Source: Actinomycetota bacterium (GTDB lineage: Bacteria; Actinomycetota; Acidimicrobiia; Acidimicrobiales; JACCXE01). From it: a stretch of DNA of 64,000 bases. Shown piece after piece: positions 43,801-54,344 of this stretch (the stretch's first letter is position 1; every line of letters begins with the position of its first letter). The translations under genes were made by a program, and so were the position numbers. The notes under the pieces were generated by a model, which did no database searches, was not told where the DNA came from, and saw only the letters and a list, made by a program, of their open reading frames with translations. The stretch spans positions 68,017 to 132,016 of the forward strand of contig JBEHXL010000009.1 in the NCBI GenBank assembly GCA_048498715.1. Reading direction: 5' to 3'.

Positions 43801-46800
43801 CTACTTCGTGCCCGAGCGGGCGATGACGGCTTCGGTGTTGCCGAGGTACGAGGCAACGACGGCGGGGTGCTTCGTGACCGCCGACGGCTTGCCGTCGACC
43901 ACCACCGCACCGAGATCGAGAGCGAGCAGGCGGTCGCTGATCGAGGTGATCAGCGGCATGTCGTGCTCGATGACGAGCAGGCTCGCGCCGGTGTTCTCAC
44001 GGATGCGCAACAGCAGCGGACCGAGCGCTTCGGTCTCGCGTTGCGCGATGCCCGACGAGGGCTCGTCGAACAAGATGACAGACGGCTCGTGGGCGACGAT
44101 GCACGCGAGGTCGACGATGCGCCGGCTGCCGGTCGACAGCTCCGACACGAACTTGTCGGCGAACGCTTCGAGGCCCATCAACTCGATGAGCGCGTCGACG
44201 CGCTCATCGATCTCGGCCTCGGAGTCGAGCGCAACCGGCAGGTGCAGCACCGAAGCGAGCGGATCCCGCACGGCGACGTGACGCTCGAGCGACAACGCGA
44301 TCGTTTCGCGCGCGGTCAAGGCCGGGAACAGGCGGGCGTCTTGGAACGAACGGCCGAGGCCACGCCGAGCCCGGGCGTCGGGTGACAGATCGGTGACGTC
44401 CTCCCCGTTGAGCAGCACCGCACCCGAGTTCACATCGACGAACCCGGAAATGAGATCGAACAGCGTCGTCTTACCCGCGCCGTTCGGTCCGATGATGCCG
44501 AGGATCTCGCCTTCGTGCAGCTGGAGCGACACGTCGTCGACGGCGGTCAGTGCGCCGTACGCGCGGTGCACGTCCTGGGTTTCGAGCACCACTCCACCGA
44601 GTTCGCGTTTGGTCGCGGCGCGTCGCTTGGGGCGCGCGCCGGTGCCGTTCATCGATGCGGCGCCTTCCAAGAAGACCGAGCGCAGGATGTCGGGGCGGTG
44701 CAACAACTCGCTCGTTGCGCCGCTGAAGCGGACCTCGCCCTTTTCCATGAAGTACGCGGTCTCGGCGACGGTCAGCGCGACATTGACGGACTGCTCGACG
44801 AGCACGATCGTCGTGCCGCGATCACGAATCGCGCGCACGATGTCGAGGAGTTGTTCGACCACGACGGGCGCCAGGCCAAGCGACAACTCGTCGATCATGA
44901 GCAGGCGCGGCTTGGCGATGAACGCCTGACTGAGCGTGAGCATCTGCTGCTCACCACCCGACAGATCGCCCGCGGGCTGGTCCCACCGCTCGCGCAGCAC
45001 CGGGAAGAACGACAGCACCTGTTCGGTCGCCTCGCGGATGTAGGCCTGGTCCTTCGCGTACAGCCAGCCCGCGATGGTGAGGTTCTCCTCGACGCTCAAC
45101 GCGGTGAACACACCCTTGCCGCCCGGCACCTGCACGATGCCGTGCCGTGCAATGACGTGCGGCGCCGCTCCCGCGATGTCCTCGCCGTCGAAGAGCACGA
45201 CGCCCGCGCTCGGCGACAACAAGCCGGAGATCGCCTTGAGCAACGTCGACTTTCCGGCACCGTTGGTGCCGAGCAACGCGACGATCTCGCCCTGGCCAAT
45301 GGTCAGGTCGACGTCGAACAGGACCTGCACGCCGTCGTAACCGGCGTCGAGACCGCGCACCGACAACAGCTGGTTCTCGATGGGCGTGGCTTCGCGTAGG
45401 TCGAGCACCGGCGCCGGCCGCGATTCGCTGTCCGCGTCCGCTTCACGAACATCCGCGATCAGGCTGGGCACCGTGATGTCTCGCCTTGCTGCCACCCGTC
45501 GCAGGAACGCGTCGCGGACGGAATAGAACAGCTGGCTGAAGCCGCCCGGCAACGCGAGCAGGACGAAGATCAGCCCGATACCGCTCGTCAGGAATGACAG
45601 ATACGGCTGGATTGCCATGGGGAATGACGATCGGAAGTAGTCGACGCCCTGGATGAAGACGGCGCCGAGGATCGCACCGGGGATCGACCCGAGCCCGCCG
45701 ATCACCACCATGATGAAGACGCGGCGGCTCTGGTCGACCGTATACGCGGAATTGCCGAGCGACGTCTGGTGGTGGACGAAGACCGCGCCCGCAACGGCCG
45801 CGATGAAGCCGGCGTACGCGAACGCCATGAGCTTGGCCCCCGTCGCGTTGACGCCGTAGGACTGCGCGGCGCGGGGGTTCTCGCGCACGCCGATGAGCAC
45901 GCGGCCGGCCCGGCTGTTGCGAAGACCGTTCGTGAGCCAGATCGTCAACAAGAAGGTGACGACGACGAAGACGTACATACGGGTCTCGCTGGCGAGGCTG
46001 ATGTCACCGAACAGGTCCGCGCGATCGATGCGGTCCGACGTTGTCGGGATCCAGTGGATGAAGTCCGGGTCGAGGAAGTACGACGACGTTGCCAGCGCGA
46101 ACGCCAGCGTCACCACGGCGAGATACAGACCGCGGACGCGCAACGCGGGCAGACCGATCACCATCGCGGCCGCCGCACCCGCGAGACCCGCCGCCGGCAA
46201 CGCCCACGCGATGTCCCAGCCACGCGTGGCCGTCAGGTAGCCGCCGACCGCCGCGCCCACCCCCACGAACGCAACCTGGCCGAGGCTGACCTGGCCGGCC
46301 CAACCCGTCAGCACGACGAGCGATATGCCGACCATCGCGAAGATCAACACGACCGCGGCCAGATTGATCTGGCCCTCGTTGAGGATCAGCGGGAGTGCGA
46401 ACATCGCCGCGACGCCGATCGCCTTCGCTACGCGACGACCCCAGATGATCTCGGGCAGCGACGCGAGTTCCTTGGGGATCGGGCGGACCTGACGCGAGGC
46501 CTGCCACGTCGACTGTTCGTCCTCCGACACGCGGCCGGTGGCGCCGCGCCGCTGCAACAACAGCGCAACGAGCACGACGACGAACAGCACCGGATCGACG
46601 AGCACCGACTTCGTGGAGAACACGATGCACGCCTCGACGACACCGAGCGCGAGCGACGCCACGAAGATCGTCGGCAGCTTCTCCATGCGGCCGATGACGG
46701 CGGCCGCGAGCGCACGAATGAGAATCGTCGGGCCCAAGACGCTGCCCAGCGGGAGGCCGACGATCCCGGCCCGCAGGAAGATGGCGATTGTCGCGAGAAC

Positions 46801-47520
46801 CGTCGCGATCATCCACACCACCGTCTGGATGCGCTTGACGGGCACGCCGAGAAGGGCGGCGCGGTCCGCATTCTCGGCGCTCGCCCGTACCGCGATCCCG
46901 ATGCGGGTGTAGCGGAAGAACGCGCCGAGCAAGACGATGACGACCGGCACCACGAGCATCGCCACGACCTCGTTGGCGTGAAACACGGTCTGGCCGATCG
47001 AGAACTCGAACGTGAACGGCGACGGGAAGTCCTGGGGCGGGGTAGTGAGACCGAAGGCACGGGGCAACGCGAACGCCACGCCCGCCAGGATCTGCGACAC
47101 GCCGATCGTGACGACCGTGAGGATCAGGCGCGGCGCCCTGCGGAACCGTCGAATGAAGAGGAACTCGACCAGCGCCCCCAACGCGAGGCCCGTCACGATC
47201 GCAATCGGGAACGCGACGAAGTACGACACTCCCGTGTCGAGAATCAGAAGCACGGCGAGCGACGCCGGGACGCCGCCCAGGTCTCCCTGGGCGAAGTTGA
47301 TGATGCGATTCGACCGGTACGTCAGCGCGAGACCGAACGCGATCAGCGACGTGAGCCCGCCGATCACCAGGCCCTGGATCATCACGCCGAACGGCGCGGG
47401 CCAGAAATAGCGAACAACGAATACGAACGCGCACAAAGCCGCCAGCGCGTTCGCCGCCCTGCGCGCCGCCGGTGCGTCGAGTACCGACGCGCGGGCGGAG
47501 TTCTCCTCCAGCGTTTTCAC
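43801..47520 (-). CDS. four-domain HAAT-family ABC importer fusion (LivH-LivM-LivF-LivG in one chain)
   Basis: A 1239-aa ORF. It has a LivH-like TMD (INFAQGD) and a LivM-like TMD (GWAGQVSLGQVAF, GVRENPRAAQSYGV). NBD1 is LivF-like (GTNGAGKST, LSGGEQQML). NBD2 is LivG-like (GPNGAGKTT, LSTGSRR, ASYLG). Confidence 0.9.
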   Translation of the reverse strand: MKTLEENSARASVLDAPAARRAANALAALCAFVFVVRYFWPAPFGVMIQGLVIGGLTSLIAFGLALTYRSNRIINFAQGDLGGVPASLAVLLILDTGVSYFVAFPIAIVTGLALGALVEFLFIRRFRRAPRLILTVVTIGVSQILAGVAFALPRAFGLTTPPQDFPSPFTFEFSIGQTVFHANEVVAMLVVPVVIVLLGAFFRYTRIGIAVRASAENADRAALLGVPVKRIQTVVWMIATVLATIAIFLRAGIVGLPLGSVLGPTILIRALAAAVIGRMEKLPTIFVASLALGVVEACIVFSTKSVLVDPVLFVVVLVALLLQRRGATGRVSEDEQSTWQASRQVRPIPKELASLPEIIWGRRVAKAIGVAAMFALPLILNEGQINLAAVVLIFAMVGISLVVLTGWAGQVSLGQVAFVGVGAAVGGYLTATRGWDIAWALPAAGLAGAAAAMVIGLPALRVRGLYLAVVTLAFALATSSYFLDPDFIHWIPTTSDRIDRADLFGDISLASETRMYVFVVVTFLLTIWLTNGLRNSRAGRVLIGVRENPRAAQSYGVNATGAKLMAFAYAGFIAAVAGAVFVHHQTSLGNSAYTVDQSRRVFIMVVIGGLGSIPGAILGAVFIQGVDYFRSSFPMAIQPYLSFLTSGIGLIFVLLALPGGFSQLFYSVRDAFLRRVAARRDITVPSLIADVREADADSESRPAPVLDLREATPIENQLLSVRGLDAGYDGVQVLFDVDLTIGQGEIVALLGTNGAGKSTLLKAISGLLSPSAGVVLFDGEDIAGAAPHVIARHGIVQVPGGKGVFTALSVEENLTIAGWLYAKDQAYIREATEQVLSFFPVLRERWDQPAGDLSGGEQQMLTLSQAFIAKPRLLMIDELSLGLAPVVVEQLLDIVRAIRDRGTTIVLVEQSVNVALTVAETAYFMEKGEVRFSGATSELLHRPDILRSVFLEGAASMNGTGARPKRRAATKRELGGVVLETQDVHRAYGALTAVDDVSLQLHEGEILGIIGPNGAGKTTLFDLISGFVDVNSGAVLLNGEDVTDLSPDARARRGLGRSFQDARLFPALTARETIALSLERHVAVRDPLASVLHLPVALDSEAEIDERVDALIELMGLEAFADKFVSELSTGSRRIVDLACIVAHEPSVILFDEPSSGIAQRETEALGPLLLRIRENTGASLLVIEHDMPLITSISDRLLALDLGAVVVDGKPSAVTKHPAVVASYLGNTEAVIARSGTK

Positions 47521-47575
47521 CCGGACAACCCCCCAGTCGTTACCGGATCTTTCGGGGCACCCTACCCCTGCGACG

Positions 47576-48076
47576 TCAGTCGAACATCGAACCTTGTTCG
47601 TAGCTGTCGTTTTGTCTGGTCGGCGGCGGCGCCGTGGCGCCCTGCTGCGACAGTGCAGCCGCGACGGCTAACTGGTCGACCTTGTCGTTCATGCGATCAC
47701 CCGAGTGCCCTTTCACCCACTTGAAGGTGATCTCGTCCCGACGCTGCAGGTACAGCTTGATCAGCGGCTCCCACAGATCGCGGTTGGCGACGGGCTTCTT
47801 CGCCGAATTGAGCCAACCCCGCTTGATCCAGCCGTCCCACCACTTGTCGCGGAAGCAGTTCACTACGTAGGTCGAGTCACTCACGATCGTGATCGGCCCG
47901 TCGAAGGCTTCGAGGGCGCGCAGCACGGCCATCACTTCCATGCGCTGATTGGTGGACGGATTCTCGGCCCCCGAAGCCCATTCGTCATCCAGAGAGGCCC
48001 ACGCCCAGCCCCCGGGACCAGGGTTTCCACTACACGCGCCGTCGGTATACACAGTCTTCACAGAGCCACTGATCAT
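47576..48076 (-). CDS. rnhA: ribonuclease HI
   Basis: [35 protein letters not shown]...ND..D. ATG at 48076. The rest of the 633-aa ORF is antisense to aceE. Confidence 0.88.
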   Translation of the reverse strand: MISGSVKTVYTDGACSGNPGPGGWAWASLDDEWASGAENPSTNQRMEVMAVLRALEAFDGPITIVSDSTYVVNCFRDKWWDGWIKRGWLNSAKKPVANRDLWEPLIKLYLQRRDEITFKWVKGHSGDRMNDKVDQLAVAAALSQQGATAPPPTRQNDSYEQGSMFD

Positions 48077-48103
48077 TACCCGTCGGTAACGCTCGTAGCA
48101 TTG

Positions 48104-50800
48104 ATGCCCGTGATCTTCGACGGCTTCAGTCATCAACTGCCCGACACCGATCCTTCGGAAACCCGGGAGTGGATCGACAGCTTCGACGCCATCGTCGACA
48201 CGCATGGGAAGACCCGCGCCCGCTTCCTGTTGATGAAACTGCTCGAGCGGGCCCGCGAGACGGCCGTTGGTTTCCCGGCCACCGTTTCGACGCCGTACAT
48301 CAACACGATTCCTCGAGACCTCGAACCGTGGTTCCCCGGCGACGAGTACACCGAGCGCCGCATTCGTGCGTTCATCCGCTGGAACGCCGCGGTGATGGTG
48401 ACCCGCGCGAACTCGCGCAGCGAAGGCATCGGCGGGCACCTTTCGACCTTCGCCTCGAGCGCTTCTCTCTATGAGGTCGGGTTCAACCACTTCTTCAAGG
48501 GCAAGGACGACGGCCAGTTCGGCGACCAGGTGTACTTCCAGGGTCACGCCGCTCCGGGCGTGTACGCCCGCGCCTATCTCGAGGGCCGCCTCACCGAAGC
48601 GCAACTCGACGGGTTCCGCACCGAACTCGGTGGCATCGGCCTGTCCAGTTACCCACACCCGCGTCTCATGCCTGACTTCTGGGAGTTCCCGACGGTCTCG
48701 ATGGGCCTCGGTCCGCTCCAGGCGATCTACCAAGCGCGTTTCAACCGGTACCTGCTCAACCGCCAACTCGCCGACACGAGCCGCGCCAAGGTGTGGGCGT
48801 TTCTCGGCGACGGCGAGTGCGACGAACCCGAGTCGCTCGGCGCGCTCTCGCTCGCCGCACGCGAAGGCCTCGACAATCTGATCTTCGTCGTGAACTGCAA
48901 CCTGCAGCGGCTCGACGGACCGGTGCGCGGCAACGGCAAGGTCATCCAGGAACTCGAGGCCGTCTTCCGCGGCGCGGGCTGGAACGTGATCAAGGTCATC
49001 TGGGGCTCCAAGTGGGACGACCTGTTGGCCAAGGACGACCAGGGCGTGCTGCTCAACCAGATGAACACCACCGTCGACGGGCAGTTCCAGAAATACGCCA
49101 CCTCCGACGGCGGCTACATCCGCGACCACTTCTTCGGACCCGACCCGCGCTTGCGCAAGATCGTCGAAAACCTGACCGACGAGGAGATTCACGCGCTGCC
49201 CCGTGGCGGCCACGACTACAAAAAGCTCTACGCCGCATACAAGGCTGCGGTCGAGCACGAGGGCGCACCCACCGTCATCCTGGCGAAGACCATCAAGGGC
49301 TGGACCCTCGGCCCTGAGATCGAGTCGCGCAACGCGACGCATCAGATCAAGAAGATGAACAAGGCGCAGCTGAAACTGATGCGCGACACGCTCTACATGC
49401 AGGACGAGATTCCGGACGAAGCGCTCGAGGCCGACGTCCCGCCGTTCTACAAGCCGGCCGAGGGCTCGGAGATCCACGAGTACCTGATGGGGCAGCGCCG
49501 CAAACTCAACGGCGCACTCCCCCGTCGCCTGCCGCGCGTTGCCCTGCGCGAGCTCCCCTCACCTGACTCGTTCAAGGAGTTCTTCGACGGTTCGAAGAAC
49601 CAGGCCGTGTCCACGACGATGGCCTTCGCCCGGCTGATCCGGAACCTGCTACGCGACAAAGCCATCGGCGAACGCGTCGTTCCGATCGTGCCCGACGAAG
49701 CGCGCACGTTCGGCATGGACGCACTATTCAAGGAGTTCGAGATCTACGCGCCGCACGGGCAGCTTTACGAGCCCGTCGACAAAGAACTGCTGCTCTCCTA
49801 CACCGAGGCGAAGGACGGCCAGGTCCTCGAAGAGGGCATCACCGAGGCGGGCTCGATGTGCTCGTTCACCGCGGCCGGTACGGCGGCGACGACGTGGGGT
49901 CAGCCGATGATCCCGTTCTTCATCTTCTATTCGATGTTCGGCTTCCAGCGCATCGGCGACCTGGCCTGGGCCGCGGGTGACAGCGGCGCGCGCGGCTTCC
50001 TGCTTGGCGCGACCGCAGGACGGACAACCCTGAACGGGGAAGGCCTGCAGCATCAGGACGGGCACTCACTCGTGCTCGCGTCGACGGTGCCGAACGTCGC
50101 TGCGTATGACCCGGCGTTCGCGTACGAAGTCGCGACGATTGTCGAGGACGGCATCAAGCGGATGTTCGGGCCCGAAAACCGCGACGAGTTCTTCTACATC
50201 ACGCTCTACAACGAGAACTACGTGATGCCGAGCAAGCCGGACGGTGTCGACGACGGCATTCGTCGCGGGCTCTACAAATTCGCCGATGCGCCCGACGGGC
50301 CGACACGCGCCGCCACCTTGCTGTTCTCGGGATCGGCGTCGCAGGCCGCGTTCCAAGCACGGGACATCCTCGCCACGGACTTCGACGTTGCCGTCGAACT
50401 CTGGAGCGCGACCTCCTACAAGACGCTGCGGGAAGACGCACTGGCGGTCGAACGCGCCAATCGTCTGCATCCGTCGCGAGAAGCCGAGGTGCCGTACGTC
50501 ACCTCGGCGCTGATGGACGCAGCCGGGCCCGTCGTCGCCGTCACCGACTTCATGAAGGCAGTACCCGACCAGATCTCGCGCTGGGTGCCGGGCCGCTACC
50601 TCACGCTCGGCACGGACGGCTTCGGTCGGTCCGACACGCGCGAGGCGCTGCGTCGCCACTTCGAGGTCGACGCCGGGAACATCGTGGTCGCGGTGCTCAG
50701 CTCGTTGGCCGCCGAGGGCAGTGCCGGAGCGGAAGAGGTCGAAAAGGCCATCGACGCGTTCGGCATCAACGCCGACGCGCCGGATCCCCGTATCGCGTAA
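48104..50800 (+). CDS. aceE: pyruvate dehydrogenase E1 component (homodimeric type)
   Basis: Strong by-eye similarity to E. coli AceE ([55 protein letters not shown]). Confidence 0.95.
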   Translation: MPVIFDGFSHQLPDTDPSETREWIDSFDAIVDTHGKTRARFLLMKLLERARETAVGFPATVSTPYINTIPRDLEPWFPGDEYTERRIRAFIRWNAAVMVTRANSRSEGIGGHLSTFASSASLYEVGFNHFFKGKDDGQFGDQVYFQGHAAPGVYARAYLEGRLTEAQLDGFRTELGGIGLSSYPHPRLMPDFWEFPTVSMGLGPLQAIYQARFNRYLLNRQLADTSRAKVWAFLGDGECDEPESLGALSLAAREGLDNLIFVVNCNLQRLDGPVRGNGKVIQELEAVFRGAGWNVIKVIWGSKWDDLLAKDDQGVLLNQMNTTVDGQFQKYATSDGGYIRDHFFGPDPRLRKIVENLTDEEIHALPRGGHDYKKLYAAYKAAVEHEGAPTVILAKTIKGWTLGPEIESRNATHQIKKMNKAQLKLMRDTLYMQDEIPDEALEADVPPFYKPAEGSEIHEYLMGQRRKLNGALPRRLPRVALRELPSPDSFKEFFDGSKNQAVSTTMAFARLIRNLLRDKAIGERVVPIVPDEARTFGMDALFKEFEIYAPHGQLYEPVDKELLLSYTEAKDGQVLEEGITEAGSMCSFTAAGTAATTWGQPMIPFFIFYSMFGFQRIGDLAWAAGDSGARGFLLGATAGRTTLNGEGLQHQDGHSLVLASTVPNVAAYDPAFAYEVATIVEDGIKRMFGPENRDEFFYITLYNENYVMPSKPDGVDDGIRRGLYKFADAPDGPTRAATLLFSGSASQAAFQARDILATDFDVAVELWSATSYKTLREDALAVERANRLHPSREAEVPYVTSALMDAAGPVVAVTDFMKAVPDQISRWVPGRYLTLGTDGFGRSDTREALRRHFEVDAGNIVVAVLSSLAAEGSAGAEEVEKAIDAFGINADAPDPRIA

Positions 50801-50901
50801 ACCCGCCGGTAGACTGCCCGACGCTGGGAGCTGGGGCGTTCCCGTTCGGACTCTTGTAGTCACGCGCGGGTGCACCTCGGCCGTCGTCCGGGGAGAAACC
50901 G

Positions 50902-51756
50902 TTGCGCATCAACAAGAACATTCGAATCGCGTGCACCGTCGCCGGTGCGGCCGCCATTGCCTGGGGCGCCGTGCTGGCGCCGGCGTCGGCCGACGACGCT
51001 CCGGTGCAGACGGCGGAGACGGCTTCGACCTCGTCTTCGAGCACGTCGACGACTACGTCGACATCGACCACGTCGACCTCGACGACCATCGCGCCGACTA
51101 CGTCGACCACCGCCGTGACGACGCCCGGTGACCCCGACGGCGACGGTGTGAGCAACGAGCCCGCCGTCGACTTCTTCGACACCGGCGTCACCGCTGATCA
51201 GGACCCGACCACGGCCATCATCGGTCAGGGCAACGACGCGGTGATCATTGGTCTCGACGTCGAGGGCAACGAGGAACTGCGCAGCGTGCAGCTGAACACC
51301 GCCAAGCAGGCCGGCAACGTCACACTGCCCAACGGTTTCGTCTCGTTCCGGGTGGTCAACGCCACGACTCCGGTCGACGTCATCACGCTGTGGGCCGACA
51401 AGGACGTCAAGGCGCATCAGCTGTTCAAGGGCACCGCGTCGGCGATGACCCCCTTCCCGATGAAGGACAAGGACTTCGACAACGGCGTCGCGGCCTTCGT
51501 GCACACCATCACCGATGGTGGTGCGGGTGACTCCGACGGAGCCAAGAACGGCACGATCGTCGACCCTGTCGGGCCGGGCTACGTGAACGCAGCGGCCGTG
51601 ACGACGACCACGGCCAAGCGAAACGGAGCGCTGCCCCGTACCGGTGGCGACATGACGCTGCCGGCGGCGAGCGGCTTCGTCGCGATCATCGTCGGCGTTC
51701 TGCTCCTCGGCCTCGCGTGGAAGCCGAACGGTGCGCACTACACCTTCAACAAGTAG
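50902..51756 (+). CDS. LPXTG-anchored surface protein with a Ser/Thr-rich stalk
   Basis: Signal peptide (AVLAPASA), an S/T tract, DGGAGDSDGAKNGTIVDPVGPG, and LPRTGG followed by a TM helix and a basic tail. TTG start with a ggaga SD. Confidence 0.8.
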   Translation: MRINKNIRIACTVAGAAAIAWGAVLAPASADDAPVQTAETASTSSSSTSTTTSTSTTSTSTTIAPTTSTTAVTTPGDPDGDGVSNEPAVDFFDTGVTADQDPTTAIIGQGNDAVIIGLDVEGNEELRSVQLNTAKQAGNVTLPNGFVSFRVVNATTPVDVITLWADKDVKAHQLFKGTASAMTPFPMKDKDFDNGVAAFVHTITDGGAGDSDGAKNGTIVDPVGPGYVNAAAVTTTTAKRNGALPRTGGDMTLPAASGFVAIIVGVLLLGLAWKPNGAHYTFNK

Positions 51757-51762
51757 CGCTCG

Positions 51763-53034
51763 CTAGAGGTATTCGACGTTCGCGGCCGCCGGAATGATCC
51801 GGCGGCAGTCGAACACATATTTCGAGTGCTCGACGACGAGGTTCACGTCGAACGCGTCGTGATTCGTGAGCACGACGACGGCGTCGGCCGCCGCGAGCTC
51901 TTCCGCACTGAACTCGACGCGCTGCACGTTGCCACCGGGCACGGACGGATCGACAAACGGATCTGCGGCGCGAACGTCACCGCCGAGCCCGGCAAGGTGC
52001 AGCGTCACGTTGACAGCCGGCGACTCGCGCGCGTCGCTGGTGTTCTTCTTGTAGCCCAGGCCGAGCACGAGAATGCGGCTGCCCTTCACCGGCAGACTGC
52101 GATCGTTCAGGGCGCGAGTGAGCCGCCGCACGACGTAGGACGGCATGTGCTCGTTCACGTCGTTGGCGAGTTCGACGAAGCGGAACTGCTCGCCGAGCGA
52201 GCGCTTGACCTGCCACGACAGATAGCTCGGGTCAACGGGCAGGCAATGGCCGCCAACGCCCGGGCCGGGTCGGAACGGCATGAACCCGAACGGCTTGGTC
52301 GAGGCCGCGTCGATGGCTTCCCACACGTCGATGCCAAGCTCGCCGGCGAACATTGCGAGCTCGTTGACCAGCGCGATGTTCACGTGGCGGAACGTGTTCT
52401 CGAGCAGCTTGGTCAGCTCCGCCTCCTTCGGTGTCGACACCGGCACCGTGCGATCGACGAGGGCGCTGTAGAACGCGTCAACCGCGGCGAGGGACTCGGG
52501 GTTCACGCCGGACACCACCTTCGGGGTGGTCACGAACGTCCACTCCTGGTTACCCGGGTCGATGCGCTCCGGGCTGTAGCCGACCAGCACGTCGGTCCCG
52601 ATAGCCAGATTGCTCCCGGCCTCGAGCAGCGGAACCAACAGCTCCTCGGTCGTGCCCGGGTAGGTAGTCGACTCGAGGATGACGACAGAGCCCTTCTTCA
52701 GCGCCGGCGCGAGCATGCGCGCCGCGCCTTCGATGTAGGTCATGTCGGGCAACGTCTCCCGCAGGGGCGTCGGCACCGTGATGACGGCGATGTCGAATCC
52801 GTTCAGGTCCTCGGCGTCCGCGCTGGCGCGATACCGGCCGCTGTCGAGCGCCGCACGCAGCTCGGTGGACGAAATATCTTCGACGTAGGAGTCGCCCGCC
52901 GTCAGGCGTTCGACGCGACGTTTGTCGATTTCGAAACCGATGACGTCGAAGCCGACTTCGACCGCGCGCATGGCGAGCGGCAGACCGACATAACCCTGGC
53001 CGACAACAACGAGGCGAGAAGAACCCGGTGGCAC
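51763..53034 (-). CDS. nucleotide-sugar dehydrogenase (UDP-glucose/GDP-mannose dehydrogenase family)
   Basis: VVVGQGYVGLPLA and the catalytic Cys context GVGGHCLPVDP. GTG start at 53034. Confidence 0.85.
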   Translation of the reverse strand: MPPGSSRLVVVGQGYVGLPLAMRAVEVGFDVIGFEIDKRRVERLTAGDSYVEDISSTELRAALDSGRYRASADAEDLNGFDIAVITVPTPLRETLPDMTYIEGAARMLAPALKKGSVVILESTTYPGTTEELLVPLLEAGSNLAIGTDVLVGYSPERIDPGNQEWTFVTTPKVVSGVNPESLAAVDAFYSALVDRTVPVSTPKEAELTKLLENTFRHVNIALVNELAMFAGELGIDVWEAIDAASTKPFGFMPFRPGPGVGGHCLPVDPSYLSWQVKRSLGEQFRFVELANDVNEHMPSYVVRRLTRALNDRSLPVKGSRILVLGLGYKKNTSDARESPAVNVTLHLAGLGGDVRAADPFVDPSVPGGNVQRVEFSAEELAAADAVVVLTNHDAFDVNLVVEHSKYVFDCRRIIPAAANVEYL

Positions 53035-53052
53035 CGTCGTATTCTCGCATGC

Positions 53053-53517
53053 GTGGGTGTGGGGTTTGTTCTCGGCTTGGTGGTAGGCCTCGGTGTGGCT
53101 GCACTTCTTCGTCGGCGCCCGCACCGCGACGCGCTCACCGGCATGCTCACGCGACACGAAGCAAACGCCGCGCTGGCTTCACTGAAGTCCGGCGATGCCG
53201 TGGTCATCGTCGACCTCGACTCGCTCAAGGCGATCAACGACGAACACGGGCACGCAGCCGGGGATGCCACCCTGCGCGACTTTGCCGCGCACCTCGCCGC
53301 GCAGGTTCGCGCCGGCGACACCGTCGCTCGCTGGGGCGGGGACGAGTTCGTCATCGTGCTTCGCGGCGGACTCGCCAACGCCGCCGCCGTCGTCGAGCGC
53401 ATTCGCCAGTCGTCGCCAAGCCCCTTCAGTGCCGGCATCGCCAACTCGTTGCCGGAGGCCGACGCCGCGTTGCTCGAAGCGAAGCGCGCCGGGGGCGGCC
53501 GGGTGATCGCGCGATGA
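53053..53517 (+). CDS. minimal membrane-anchored GGDEF diguanylate cyclase (about 154 aa)
   Basis: One N-terminal TM helix, then DALTGML...VDLDSLKAINDEHGHAAGD...RAGDTVARWGGDEFVIVL. An RxxD I-site lies 5 residues before GGDEF. GTG 53053 is the first plausible start. Confidence 0.7.
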   Translation: MGVGFVLGLVVGLGVAALLRRRPHRDALTGMLTRHEANAALASLKSGDAVVIVDLDSLKAINDEHGHAAGDATLRDFAAHLAAQVRAGDTVARWGGDEFVIVLRGGLANAAAVVERIRQSSPSPFSAGIANSLPEADAALLEAKRAGGGRVIAR

Positions 53518-54344
53518 AGGCCCTCGCGTGCGGCGCCATCGCGATCCTCATGCTCAGTTCCTGCGGGTCCCGGGTGCGGAACTGGGACGAACAACTTGCC
53601 GTGCAACAGCAGGGAACATCGGTGACGCAGTCCTCGACGACAATTGCGCGAACGACCGAAACAACGGAGCGCCACGCGACGGGCCGGACCACGACGACCA
53701 CTCGCGCGGTGGGGCCGACGACGACAGTGCGCAGCTCGCTACCCCACCCGGCACCGGGTCGATACACCTACGACATCGTGTCGCACTACCCCGCGCTCGA
53801 GGACGAGCCCGCGTCGGACGACAGCGACACCTACGAGGTGACGTGGACGGTCGAAGGCTCTGCTGATGCGCTCTCCCTCGTCGAATCCGACGACGGCAGC
53901 ACCACGAAGTACCGCGTGACGCCCGGAGCGATGGAGCTGCAATCGATCCGCTACGAGGACGACGAAGACGTCTACAACTGCACTTACAAGCCCGCACAGA
54001 CGCTGTTCAAGCTGCCGCTGACCAACGGAGCCAAGTGGTCTTCGGACAGCTCGTGCACCTATGAGGACGGTGAGCTCGACCGCGTGCTGCTGCAGTCGGA
54101 GGTGACCGGCACCGCGACCGACACCATCGGGGGCGTGACTGTCTCCACTTTCGTCATTCGGTGGACGGACACCACGACCGAGAAATATCCGGACGACGAC
54201 GAGCCCGACGTCTACAAAGCGGTCCACACCGCACATGTCGACCCGAAGACGCTGCTCATCGTGAGCGAAGAGGTTCGGGACGACAGCGAACCCGGCTACG
54301 AGATCGTGTCGACGCGGAAGCTGAAGTCGCTGACGCCGAAGTAG
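53514..54344 (+). CDS. lipoprotein, unknown function
   Basis: Lipobox LSSC, a Thr-rich linker, then an acidic globular part. The ATG overlaps the GGDEF stop (ATGA). Confidence 0.7.
   Translation: MKALACGAIAILMLSSCGSRVRNWDEQLAVQQQGTSVTQSSTTIARTTETTERHATGRTTTTTRAVGPTTTVRSSLPHPAPGRYTYDIVSHYPALEDEPASDDSDTYEVTWTVEGSADALSLVESDDGSTTKYRVTPGAMELQSIRYEDDEDVYNCTYKPAQTLFKLPLTNGAKWSSDSSCTYEDGELDRVLLQSEVTGTATDTIGGVTVSTFVIRWTDTTTEKYPDDDEPDVYKAVHTAHVDPKTLLIVSEEVRDDSEPGYEIVSTRKLKSLTPK

Noticed and set aside
45769-47724. A 651-aa plus-strand ORF that is extremely rich in Arg/Asp/His/Glu
   Set aside because: It is antisense to the ABC fusion gene. It is a shadow frame of a membrane-protein gene.
48077-49477. 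The upstream 467 codons of the 633-aa minus ORF that ends as RNase HI
   Set aside because: This part is antisense to aceE and has no RNase H or other similarity. The rnhA domain begins at ATG 48076.
50990-51120. Short tandem acgtcgac-type repeats
   Set aside because: They are codon-level low complexity encoding the Ser/Thr stalk of the LPXTG protein. There is no spacer/repeat periodicity.
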